A program made the translations under genes and the position numbers. From Polyangiaceae bacterium (GTDB lineage Bacteria > Myxococcota_A > Polyangia > Polyangiales > Polyangiaceae), in the NCBI GenBank assembly GCA_044376115.1, contig JBILLK010000053.1, positions 1 to 20,734 on the forward strand: a stretch of DNA of 20,734 bases. Direction: 5' to 3'. Under the pieces are notes generated by a model that did not search any database, was not told the origin of the DNA, and saw nothing but the letters and a program-made list of their open reading frames with translations. Of this stretch, positions 9,243 to 17,234 are shown one piece after another. Each line of letters starts with the position of its first letter. The first letter of the stretch is position 1.

Positions 9243-10637
9243 CTACCCTCCCCGCGCCCTCTTGATCTCCACCCGCGTCATCGGGCCGCGCATGAACGTC
9301 ATGGCCCACCGCGGTTGCAAGAGCGCCGTTGCGTTGGCGTGCGCGTTCCTGGTGACGAACCAGCGGGGCTTGAGGTGTTTGAGCAGGTGGTCGAGCTCCT
9401 CGAGGCTCGTGCCGATGTGGGCTTGGTTGACGATGCCGTCGATCACGCGTTCGCGATCGGCGTCGGTTTGCAGTCGGCCCAAGCACCAGAGGCCTGCGTT
9501 GCTCAAGGAGCGATAGTCGAGGTCCATCGGGTTCTGCGTGGCGATCACGACGCCGACGCCGAAGGCGCGCGCCTGCTTCATTAGGGCGACGAGCGGTCGC
9601 TTCGTCGGTGGGTTCGCCGGGTGCGGCGGTAAGAAGCCGTACACCTCGTCGAAGACCACCAGCGCGCGCAGGCGCTGCGATCCGGGCAAGCCACGCACCC
9701 AGGTGAGGACCTCTTCCAACACCAGCCCGAGCACCAGCGCGCGCTCGTCGTCATCGAGATGCGCGACGCTCACCACGGTGATCGGCGTCTTGCTCTTGCC
9801 GCCCGTGCTCGACTCCACCGGCTTCATCCACTCGCCCACGTCGAGCGTCTCGCCCTGCCGCCAGCTCGCGAAGCTCGGCGAGGCGAGCAACGTGTTGAGC
9901 CCGGCCGCCAGATCTTTGCGCGCCTTCTTCGATAGAAAGGCGTCGGTCTCAAGCGCGCCCACCCGCTCGATCGGCGGCGTGAGCACGTCCTCGAGCAGCG
10001 CGCCCAACTCGGCCGACTGCCCAGCCAGCAGCCGCCGCTCGGCGAGCAGCGCGAGCAGAACGTGCTCGCGGCTCTTCGCCGGATCCGGGTCCCGCCCGAG
10101 CAGCCGCAACACCAGCGAGATCGCCGCCGAAAGCGCTGCACGCGCGCCATCCCGATCGGTATCCCAGCGCGCCGAGCGCCGCTCGAGCGAGGAGAGCACG
10201 TGCAAAAGCTCGCCAGCGTCGGCCCCCGGCGTGATCACGCGGACATGCGTCTTGTCGCTGAAGTCGGCTAGCTCGGGCGTGCCGATACCGTACGCCTCCA
10301 GGCCCACGCGCCGCTCCTCCGCGAGCCGCGCCGCGTAGGCCGCGACGTCCTCATCCGGCGTTGCGCCCTCCACCCAAGGCACGAGCACCTCGGGGCTGAA
10401 CGACGGAAACTGCAGCAGCAGGTTGGGCAGGTCCCCTTTCACGTCGATCACGAGAACGGGGACCTGATTGCGCGCGGCCTCTTCAATCATGACGGTAACC
10501 AGGCCGGTTTTGCCGCTACCGGTCATACCAACAGCCACGCAGTGAGTGACCAGATGGTGCGCCGGCAATTGAAGGGTAGAGAGCTCCGCGCGACCATCGA
10601 GCGGCCGCGTGACGCCCAGATGGAGCGCGGGTCTCAT
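9243..10637 (-). CDS. HerA/FtsK-superfamily P-loop ATPase (DUF87/DUF853-like)
   Basis: THCVAVGMTGSGKT (Walker A), VIDVKGD, VVFDEVYG (Walker B), KQARAFGVGVVIATQNP, SNAGLWCLGRL. Confidence 0.92.
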   Translation of the reverse strand: MRPALHLGVTRPLDGRAELSTLQLPAHHLVTHCVAVGMTGSGKTGLVTVMIEEAARNQVPVLVIDVKGDLPNLLLQFPSFSPEVLVPWVEGATPDEDVAAYAARLAEERRVGLEAYGIGTPELADFSDKTHVRVITPGADAGELLHVLSSLERRSARWDTDRDGARAALSAAISLVLRLLGRDPDPAKSREHVLLALLAERRLLAGQSAELGALLEDVLTPPIERVGALETDAFLSKKARKDLAAGLNTLLASPSFASWRQGETLDVGEWMKPVESSTGGKSKTPITVVSVAHLDDDERALVLGLVLEEVLTWVRGLPGSQRLRALVVFDEVYGFLPPHPANPPTKRPLVALMKQARAFGVGVVIATQNPMDLDYRSLSNAGLWCLGRLQTDADRERVIDGIVNQAHIGTSLEELDHLLKHLKPRWFVTRNAHANATALLQPRWAMTFMRGPMTRVEIKRARGG

Positions 10638-10644
10638 CTGCGGC

Positions 10645-11553
10645 TCAGCCCTCTCCGATCGGGCTGCTGTTGGGCAATCCGGGGCGCGTTAGCGGGCCGG
10701 CTGCGGCCGCTGCCGGAGCTGGAACTGGCGCAAAGTTCACTGGGGTAGTGCCGGCCGCCGGTTGCGCGCCTTGCTCCTTTGCTGCCTCGACCTTGGGCTC
10801 CGCACGCTCCACTTTCACCACCGAACGAACCGAAGGCGCATACTCCTCCACATCGTCAAACGGCGTGCGTAGATAGGTAACCACACGGCGAACCTCGTCA
10901 TAGCTGCGGATGAAGAGCGTGTAAGCTTGCCTTCGCTCAACGGCCGCTTGTGTGGGAGCCAGCGGCGTGGCCTGGTTTGCCACCGCCAGCAGCATCTTCA
11001 CAGCCGTCTCCTCAGCGTCCGCGAGTTCCTCTTGCGTGACGGCTGCGCGACTCTGAATCGTGCTCCAGTTGCGCCGGATATGCGAAGCAAGCGCCGAGAC
11101 CGACTCCGCGAGGTTCTTGTAGCCGTTGGGGCTCTTGAGGTCCCCGAGCTTGCTGTTGTCGATCATCCCGCGCATGGCGAGCGTATTGATGTCGGAGAGA
11201 AAGAGCGTGCGATAGCGGTTTAGCTTTGCGTCGTACTCGGGGATCTCCCCGGGCGCAGCGCTCGCCAATAGGTGGTTAAACTGGGTTTGGATCGCCGCCT
11301 GCGTCTTCACCTCGAGCGTGTCGAAATGCGAGATGTCGAACACCGGCAGCTCGAGCACCACCTGGGCGCGCAGCGACAGGATCTTCGGCACGCGCACAAG
11401 GATCGCCGTGCAGCTCGCTGTAATGTCGACGTTGAGCGGCGCGTAATCGGCCTCGGTGATGGCGCTCAGCTGAGGACGCACCGTTTGCAGCGCCACCGAG
11501 AAATCACTCGAGCCGTCCGCACTACTGGATTGGGAGGGGCCATTCATGGTCAT
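10645..11553 (-). CDS. Hypothetical alpha-helical protein (302 aa) with Pro/Ala-rich tail, upstream of the HerA-like ATPase
   Basis: Strong RBS (AAAAGGAG, 7 nt before ATG), amphipathic helical pattern, and a stop 7 nt before the ATPase start. It resembles a multicopy Polyangiaceae family ending AYTLFxxxYDExRRxxxYLR...APS (recalled, not searched). Confidence 0.85.
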   Translation of the reverse strand: MTMNGPSQSSSADGSSDFSVALQTVRPQLSAITEADYAPLNVDITASCTAILVRVPKILSLRAQVVLELPVFDISHFDTLEVKTQAAIQTQFNHLLASAAPGEIPEYDAKLNRYRTLFLSDINTLAMRGMIDNSKLGDLKSPNGYKNLAESVSALASHIRRNWSTIQSRAAVTQEELADAEETAVKMLLAVANQATPLAPTQAAVERRQAYTLFIRSYDEVRRVVTYLRTPFDDVEEYAPSVRSVVKVERAEPKVEAAKEQGAQPAAGTTPVNFAPVPAPAAAAAGPLTRPGLPNSSPIGEG

Positions 11554-11730
11554 GACGAATCTCCTTTTGCACCAGCACCATGGAGCTCCGCCCCGCCCGC
11601 GGCCTCATGCCCCGTGACGGCGCTTCCCCCAAACGCTGGTCCCGACAAGAAGGCGACTGAAAACGAAGTTTGGCCACTAGAAATCGACAGAAGCCTGTCG
11701 ATTTGCTTCCCGAACTGCAAATCTCCGCAA

Positions 11731-11918
11731 AAAAGCACTTAAGTGCCCCCGTAAGACATCACCAGGTCAAGAAGGAGCACTCGAGTGCCCATTTATAACG
11801 CGACGCAGCAGAAATGGAGCACTTGAGTGCCCGATTTTTATGCGCTGCAGCAAAACGATGGCACTCAAGTGCCCTCTTTTAATGCAACGCGGCGGGCAAG
11901 GGGCACTTGAGTGCTTTT
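11731..11918. repeat. Array of five 12-bp palindromes GCACTYRAGTGC at an exact 42-bp period, with inverted outer ends
   Basis: Copies start at 11735, 11777, 11819, 11861 and 11903, with four 30-bp spacers. AAAAGCACTTAAGTGCCCC (11731-11749) and GGGGCACTTGAGTGCTTTT (11900-11918) are reverse complements with 1 mismatch. Confidence 0.95.
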
Positions 11919-11941
11919 CGGCGGGAGAAGCGGAACGAGCC

Positions 11942-12135
11942 AAACCTGGTTCATGGGTGACACGAACCGGGGAGGCTGGTGACACGAACCGGGTTCATGG
12001 GTGACACGAACCGGGAAGGTCGGCCCACGAACCGGTGGCTTCGAGTCACTGACCGGGAAGGCTGGTAACGCGAACCGATTTGGAGGCTACATGAACCGGG
12101 ATGCAGGACCAGAGACCGGGAAGGTTGGTGACATG
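11942..12135 (+). repeat. Degenerate tandem array of about nine 20-22-bp units (consensus ~GAACCGGGnnnnnnGGTGACAC)
   Basis: ACC cores at 11944, 11966, 11988, 12010, 12031, 12052, 12074, 12095 and 12115. GGTGACACGAACCGGG occurs exactly three times. Confidence 0.9.
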
Positions 12136-12238
12136 GCCCAGCGGGTAACGTTGTCTGACTAGGTGTCTGTACCGTCACGGATGTTCGCCACCCGAGAATA
12201 GTGTGGCCACGTTGGTCAGCTCACGGCGATAACCCCGT

Positions 12239-13498
12239 ATGGCTGCCGAACGCTCTGCTGCAGAGACTGCCCTTACGGTGGAGGTCGAGAGCACACCCTA
12301 TCGCTTCGTGAAACAGCTTTCCGGCGGGGCGATGGGCGAGGTCGTGCTGGTGGAGCACGTGGAACTCGGTGAACGCCGGGTGATGAAGCTGTTGCGCTCG
12401 AACTTGGCGGGGGTGGAGGACCTTGCGCTGCGCATGCGCACCGAGGCTCGGGTGTTGACCAAGCTCGATAGTCCGCATGTGGTGCGGGTGCATGACTTCG
12501 GGCGCACCCAGAGCGGGCGGCCGTACTTGGTGATGGAGGCTCTCGAGGGCTGCACGCTCAAGGAGCTGGTGCAAACCGAGGGTTGGCGCTCGGCCGCGCA
12601 GGTCAAGGAGATCGCTCGGCAGATTCTGCTGGGGCTTTTGCAGGTTCACCGCCTTGGCATCGTCCACCGCGATCTGAAGCCCGACAACGTCTTCTATTGC
12701 CGCTCCAAGGGGGACAAGGGAGCCGCTGGCGTCGAGCTGGTGAAGATCCTCGACTTCGGCATCGTGCGCGTGGTGGAGGACGAGGTGCGCGCCAAGCTGG
12801 GTCACGTGGCACCAACCGCCGAGGGCATGTTGGTGGGGACGCCAGCCTATTTGGCTCCGGAGCAGGCGATTGGCGTGCGTGTTGGGCAGGGTGCAGACCT
12901 TTATTCAACCGGCGCAATTCTCTGGTTCTTGCTCGTGGGTCGCGCGCCCTTTCAACGTGAAACCCAGTTGGATCTATTGCGCGCCCACGTGATGGATGCG
13001 CCCACCGCTCCCTCGGCGGAGGTGGACGCGCAAAGGCGCGCTGACGTCACGCAGCTTGACGCGTTCATTTTGCGCGCGCTCGAGAAAAAACCGAGCGATC
13101 GCTTCGGCTCGGCCAGCGAGATGCTGGCTGCGCTCGAGGCCTTGCCGAAGCTCGAGCCGAGCGTCGTCGCGCCCGCAAGCGCCGTCGTCGAGGCGCTTGC
13201 GAGCCCTGCTGTTGAGGCTACGGTGCCTGGCCTGCCGGTGTTTACGCCGGGCGCTCGGCCCGATACGCGACCGACGATGCGCATGAGTGACGCGCAGGCG
13301 GCGCAAGCGGCGCAGCGGTCGGCGAGGGGGCGGAGCGAGCGAGCGCCTTCCGAGCCGCAAGGCCGCGCGAACAAGCCCGCGCATCCTTATGAACTGCGAG
13401 GTGCCGCGCTGATTTGGGTCAAGGTCGGTATTGGCGTCTTGGCGTTGGTCGCTGTCGCTCTGGTGATCGCCATCTTGCTCCAGCGGATGAGCCGATGA
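12239..13498 (+). CDS. Hanks-type Ser/Thr protein kinase with C-terminal TM helix
   Basis: GGAMGEV, VMKLL, HRDLKPDN, KILDFG, GTPAYLAPE, DLYSTG, and a hydrophobic C-terminus. Confidence 0.95.
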   Translation: MAAERSAAETALTVEVESTPYRFVKQLSGGAMGEVVLVEHVELGERRVMKLLRSNLAGVEDLALRMRTEARVLTKLDSPHVVRVHDFGRTQSGRPYLVMEALEGCTLKELVQTEGWRSAAQVKEIARQILLGLLQVHRLGIVHRDLKPDNVFYCRSKGDKGAAGVELVKILDFGIVRVVEDEVRAKLGHVAPTAEGMLVGTPAYLAPEQAIGVRVGQGADLYSTGAILWFLLVGRAPFQRETQLDLLRAHVMDAPTAPSAEVDAQRRADVTQLDAFILRALEKKPSDRFGSASEMLAALEALPKLEPSVVAPASAVVEALASPAVEATVPGLPVFTPGARPDTRPTMRMSDAQAAQAAQRSARGRSERAPSEPQGRANKPAHPYELRGAALIWVKVGIGVLALVAVALVIAILLQRMSR

Positions 13499-15435
13499 GC
13501 GCGGCCGCAGCTCGAAAGCGTGTGGTACAAGCGGAGGCAAACGTCGTGAAGGGGCCGAAGGGAACACTGAAAGTCATTGCGGGGAGCGGCGCTCGGGTGC
13601 CGGACACCGTGCGTGAACTTGAACGGCTCGAGTTCGGCTTCCAGCCGACCGGCCCTGCTCCAACTCCCGCTCCCGCGCCCTCCGTGCAGCAAGCTTCTGG
13701 CGAGGTGGCGAAGGACGCTGACTTTGATCCGCGCGCTACGCAGGGCCACGAAGACCCGCTGATGTTGCGCCCCGGCGATCGCATCGCCGATTTGCTGGTG
13801 GAGGGCCTGCTTGCTCGCGGCGGCATTGGAGAGGTCTATGTGGCCAAGAGCGAGATGCTGCACAAAACCTTCGCGGTGAAGGTGCTTTCGCGGCGCTACC
13901 AGCTGCGCGCGGACGTTCGTCAACGCATGGAGACCGAGGCGCGGGCGCTCGCCGAATTCGGCAATCACCCTGGCATTGTCAAGGTTCACGCCGCTGGTGT
14001 TGATACGCGGGTGGGGCCGTACATCGTGATGGACCTGCTCAAAGGCAACACGCTGCGGGAGATCCTGGCCGTGCGCGGCGCGCTCGGAATCCCACGCGCG
14101 CTTTCGCTCGCCGTGCTGATCGCCAACATCACGGATGATTTGCACGCAACCGGGATCATTCATCGCGACCTCAAACCGGAGAACGTATTCATCGTTAACC
14201 AGCCCAATGACGAGTTCGGCCTGGTGCTGCTCGACCTCGGCTGTATCAAGGCGCCTTACTCTGGGCGGACCACGGATCGCGCGCACGCCATGGGTACGGT
14301 GCGTTACATGAGTCCGGAGCAGCTCGGCGGTCAGAAGGCCGGAACGATCAGCGATCAGGTGGCGGTGGGCCACATGCTGTACGAGATGGTGGTGGGTGAA
14401 CACGCCTTCGAGGAGCTGCGGCGCAATGCGGGAGATGCAAGTCCGGCGATTGAAGCCTCATGGCAGCTGTTTGCCACCATTCATCCTCCGCCGGAGACGG
14501 TCTGTCCTGGGCCGTTGTGGCAGATCATTGCGCGGCTTTTGGCACGCGAGCCGGCGGACCGGTTTCCTTCGATGGGGGCCGCAGCCGCGACCATGAAGCA
14601 GCACCTCCATTCGCTCGTCGCCAACCGCAGCGACGAGCTGCTGCGCAGCCTGGCCGCGCACCCGCAAATGACGCCGACGCCTAACGCCGCCGGTGTGCGG
14701 CCCGAGTTAGCGGTGGGACGCTCTGGCGTCGCGCTACCGGCCTCCAGGCCGCTCGTGCTCGCACGCAGTCGGGTGGACCTTCCCGATCACCTTGGTCCGA
14801 GCGTAACCGGGCCGCGACGATCCGCGGGTCAGGTGCTGAAGAACCCCGAGTGTAGCCTCGACTCGACGATGGCGGTGCCCACGTTGACGATCCGCAAGCA
14901 GGGCAAGCCGCAGCGGCGGTTTGTTGTCGCAAGCGGCGCCATTCTCGGGCGCGGGGAGGACGAGGCCGACATCGTGATCGACGACCCAAGCGTGAGCCGA
15001 AAGCACGCTGAGTTGAAGCTGGAGGATGAACAGCGCCTGCGTTACGCGCTCGCGGATCTTGGTAGTCGCAACGGGACCGAGCTGCGCGGCGAGCCGGTCC
15101 AGTACGACACCATCGCCGCGGGAGAATTCTTCACGCTCGGCGACGTTGAACTGCAGCTCTTGCCGCCCGGCCACTACGAGCCAAGCGGGGTGTTTCGGCC
15201 CACGGGGCGCTCGCGTGTGGTGCCGGCCCCACGCCGTTCCGAGGAGCGCGTTCCAGCCACCGAGCGCGCGAGTTCAGAAAAGCTTCGCAGCGCGGGTGGT
15301 TGGGAGCGCGCGCGCGAGCACGTGCTGACCACCATCATTGCGCTGATCGTGCTGGGCCTGGTGGCGATTGTGTTGCTGCTGCTGCACACCTACGGCGTGA
15401 TTGTCCTGCCTTACCTACCGAGTCGTGCGCAATGA
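13495..15435 (+). CDS. Ser/Thr protein kinase with FHA domain and C-terminal TM helix
   Basis: RGGIGEV, AVKVL, HRDLKPEN, LLDLG, GTVRYMSPE. FHA motifs LGR...VSRKHA...LGSRNGT and TM IIALIVLGLVAIVLLLL. The start is at the ATGA overlap with the upstream stop. Confidence 0.93.
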   Translation: MSAAAARKRVVQAEANVVKGPKGTLKVIAGSGARVPDTVRELERLEFGFQPTGPAPTPAPAPSVQQASGEVAKDADFDPRATQGHEDPLMLRPGDRIADLLVEGLLARGGIGEVYVAKSEMLHKTFAVKVLSRRYQLRADVRQRMETEARALAEFGNHPGIVKVHAAGVDTRVGPYIVMDLLKGNTLREILAVRGALGIPRALSLAVLIANITDDLHATGIIHRDLKPENVFIVNQPNDEFGLVLLDLGCIKAPYSGRTTDRAHAMGTVRYMSPEQLGGQKAGTISDQVAVGHMLYEMVVGEHAFEELRRNAGDASPAIEASWQLFATIHPPPETVCPGPLWQIIARLLAREPADRFPSMGAAAATMKQHLHSLVANRSDELLRSLAAHPQMTPTPNAAGVRPELAVGRSGVALPASRPLVLARSRVDLPDHLGPSVTGPRRSAGQVLKNPECSLDSTMAVPTLTIRKQGKPQRRFVVASGAILGRGEDEADIVIDDPSVSRKHAELKLEDEQRLRYALADLGSRNGTELRGEPVQYDTIAAGEFFTLGDVELQLLPPGHYEPSGVFRPTGRSRVVPAPRRSEERVPATERASSEKLRSAGGWERAREHVLTTIIALIVLGLVAIVLLLLHTYGVIVLPYLPSRAQ

Positions 15436-16259
15436 CAAGTAAGCCTGCTTCCAGAGAGACCCTCGGATTGGTCAAAGCCGCGCTCGCGGAGCCCAGCGCG
15501 GAAGATGCAGCGCGCAAGCTCGAACTGGTCAAGCGCCTCGAGTCCGACGTGGACTTCCGTCACGCGATCGAGAAGCGAAATGAAGTTGCCGAGGAGGCGC
15601 AAAACGATATGCCCGGCGTGGGCGTCGTGCGTGCCGAAGAGCTGCTGCGTCGGCTGGATGCAAAGGCGCAACCGGCTCTCCCAGCTGTCGAGATCGCCCT
15701 CGGTCAGGACACCGTTCGTGATCTTGCGCCCCCTGTCCCCGACGGCGGAGCCGCAGCGAACGGCGAAGCGCCGGAGCGTCGCGGACGCAGCCTGACGCAG
15801 CCCTCGGTGAACGCCGGTGCGCCTTCCTCCGGACCGGCCAGCGACGAGGAAACCGCGCCGCCGCTGTCGCACGAGGAGCGCCGCATGTCGAACGGCTTGA
15901 TCGCGCTGGCGCTGGTGGCGCTGCTGGCCTTGGGAGCGCTGATTTGGCTAGCGGCTCGCAGCTTGCTCGAGAGCGATGAGCCGCCGAAATCCGTGGGCAG
16001 CGCGACAAGCGCTGCGGTTGCGAGCAGCACGTTGCGCGTCCCTAGCAGTGTCAGCACCCACCCCGACGGTCCGACCGCTACGAGCCGAGCGCAACCGTCG
16101 GTGACGCCGGTGCTGCCCAGCGGGACGAGCGGCGGGCCCCCCGTAAGCAGTACAGCGAGTTCAGCCAAGCCTGGCCCCACCGTCTCAGCCAAGCCACCCG
16201 CCGCTACAGCCAAACCGTCTGCAACCGGCATGTACGTCCTAGAAGGAGAAAAGCAATGA
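15432..16259 (+). CDS. Single-pass membrane protein with Ser/Pro/Thr-rich C-terminal region
   Basis: ATGA overlaps at both ends, TM segment LIALALVALLALGALIWLAA, low-complexity tail. Confidence 0.8.
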   Translation: MTSKPASRETLGLVKAALAEPSAEDAARKLELVKRLESDVDFRHAIEKRNEVAEEAQNDMPGVGVVRAEELLRRLDAKAQPALPAVEIALGQDTVRDLAPPVPDGGAAANGEAPERRGRSLTQPSVNAGAPSSGPASDEETAPPLSHEERRMSNGLIALALVALLALGALIWLAARSLLESDEPPKSVGSATSAAVASSTLRVPSSVSTHPDGPTATSRAQPSVTPVLPSGTSGGPPVSSTASSAKPGPTVSAKPPAATAKPSATGMYVLEGEKQ

Positions 16260-17233
16260 TTGGCAAACGAGCCGTGGCGATCGCTGTGGCGATCGGCGCG
16301 CTGAGTCTCGGCGTTCTTCCGAGTGAGGCCCAAGCCGACGGCGTCGATGAAGCGTTTGCCCGCGGGCAGAAGCTGGCGAAAGAGGGGCAGATCGCCGAGG
16401 CGGAGGCGGCCTTCGAGCAGGCGTGGGCGGGCCGCAAGAGCTGGGACATTGCGGGCAACCTCGGGCTGACCGAGGCGGAGCTGGGCAAGTGGGTGGAGGC
16501 CGCCGAGCACCTGGACTACGCGGTCACCCACATCGGCGGTCTCGCCACGCCAACCCAGAAAAAGGCGCTGACCGAACGGTTCGAGCTAGCAAAGTCGAAG
16601 GTGGGCACCGTGCAGGTGGCGAGTCCACGCGTGGTCAACGTGAAGGTCGGCTCGCGGGTGCTGCGCTCGGACGCACCGTTTTTCCTCGCTCCGGGGGCGC
16701 ACAAACTCGAATGCAGTGAAGAAGGCTACGAGTCGACCACGATGGACGTGGTGGTGGAGGGCGGGCGCGTGGCCAAGGTGCTGATCGAGCTAAAGAAGCG
16801 AAACGCTGGCCCGGAGGGGCCGACTGTTCCCGTTGTGCCAGTCATACCGGTCGAGGAGCCAAGGCCGTCCTGGCCGGGGTGGCTCCTCGGCGGAGTTGGG
16901 CTTGCCGCCGCTGGCGTTGGCGCAGGGCTGCTCGGCGTCGGGCAATCCGGCTTGGCCGACGCCGAAGCGACGGGCGCGAGCATTTCCGCAGCCGGTGGCA
17001 CGTGCACCGCCAGCGGTGGCGGCTCCCCGGAGTGTGCTGGCTTGGCTGACGATCTCGACGCCGCCGCCAGCCTTTCCAGCGGTGGCGTGGTGATGCTGAT
17101 CGCCGGCGGAGCGCTGCTGATCGGCGGCGTCATCTACCTCGTTCTTCCCGATGAACCACAAAATCCCAAGGTGAGCATTGCCCCGTGGGTTGCCCCCGGC
17201 AGCGCCGGCCTGTTGTTGCAAGGAGTCTACTGA
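16256..17233 (+). CDS. Secreted TPR + PEGA-like domain protein
   Basis: Signal peptide (…SEAQA), TPR-like helices (AEAAFEQAW…NLGLTEAELGKWVEAAEHL), PEGA-like FLAPGAHKLECSEEGY, Gly-rich hydrophobic segments, and terminal GLLLQGVY. Confidence 0.88.
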   Translation: MIGKRAVAIAVAIGALSLGVLPSEAQADGVDEAFARGQKLAKEGQIAEAEAAFEQAWAGRKSWDIAGNLGLTEAELGKWVEAAEHLDYAVTHIGGLATPTQKKALTERFELAKSKVGTVQVASPRVVNVKVGSRVLRSDAPFFLAPGAHKLECSEEGYESTTMDVVVEGGRVAKVLIELKKRNAGPEGPTVPVVPVIPVEEPRPSWPGWLLGGVGLAAAGVGAGLLGVGQSGLADAEATGASISAAGGTCTASGGGSPECAGLADDLDAAASLSSGGVVMLIAGGALLIGGVIYLVLPDEPQNPKVSIAPWVAPGSAGLLLQGVY

Positions 17234-17234
17234 C

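Noticed and set aside
11735..11914. CRISPR array
   Set aside because: The repeat is only 12 bp, spacers 2-4 resemble each other, and no cas genes are in the window. Reported as a non-CRISPR array.
11767..12178. ORFs 11767..11985 and 11951..12178
   Set aside because: They are most likely by-products of the DNA repeats: no clear RBS, atypical codon use, and unit lengths in the second array that break the frame.
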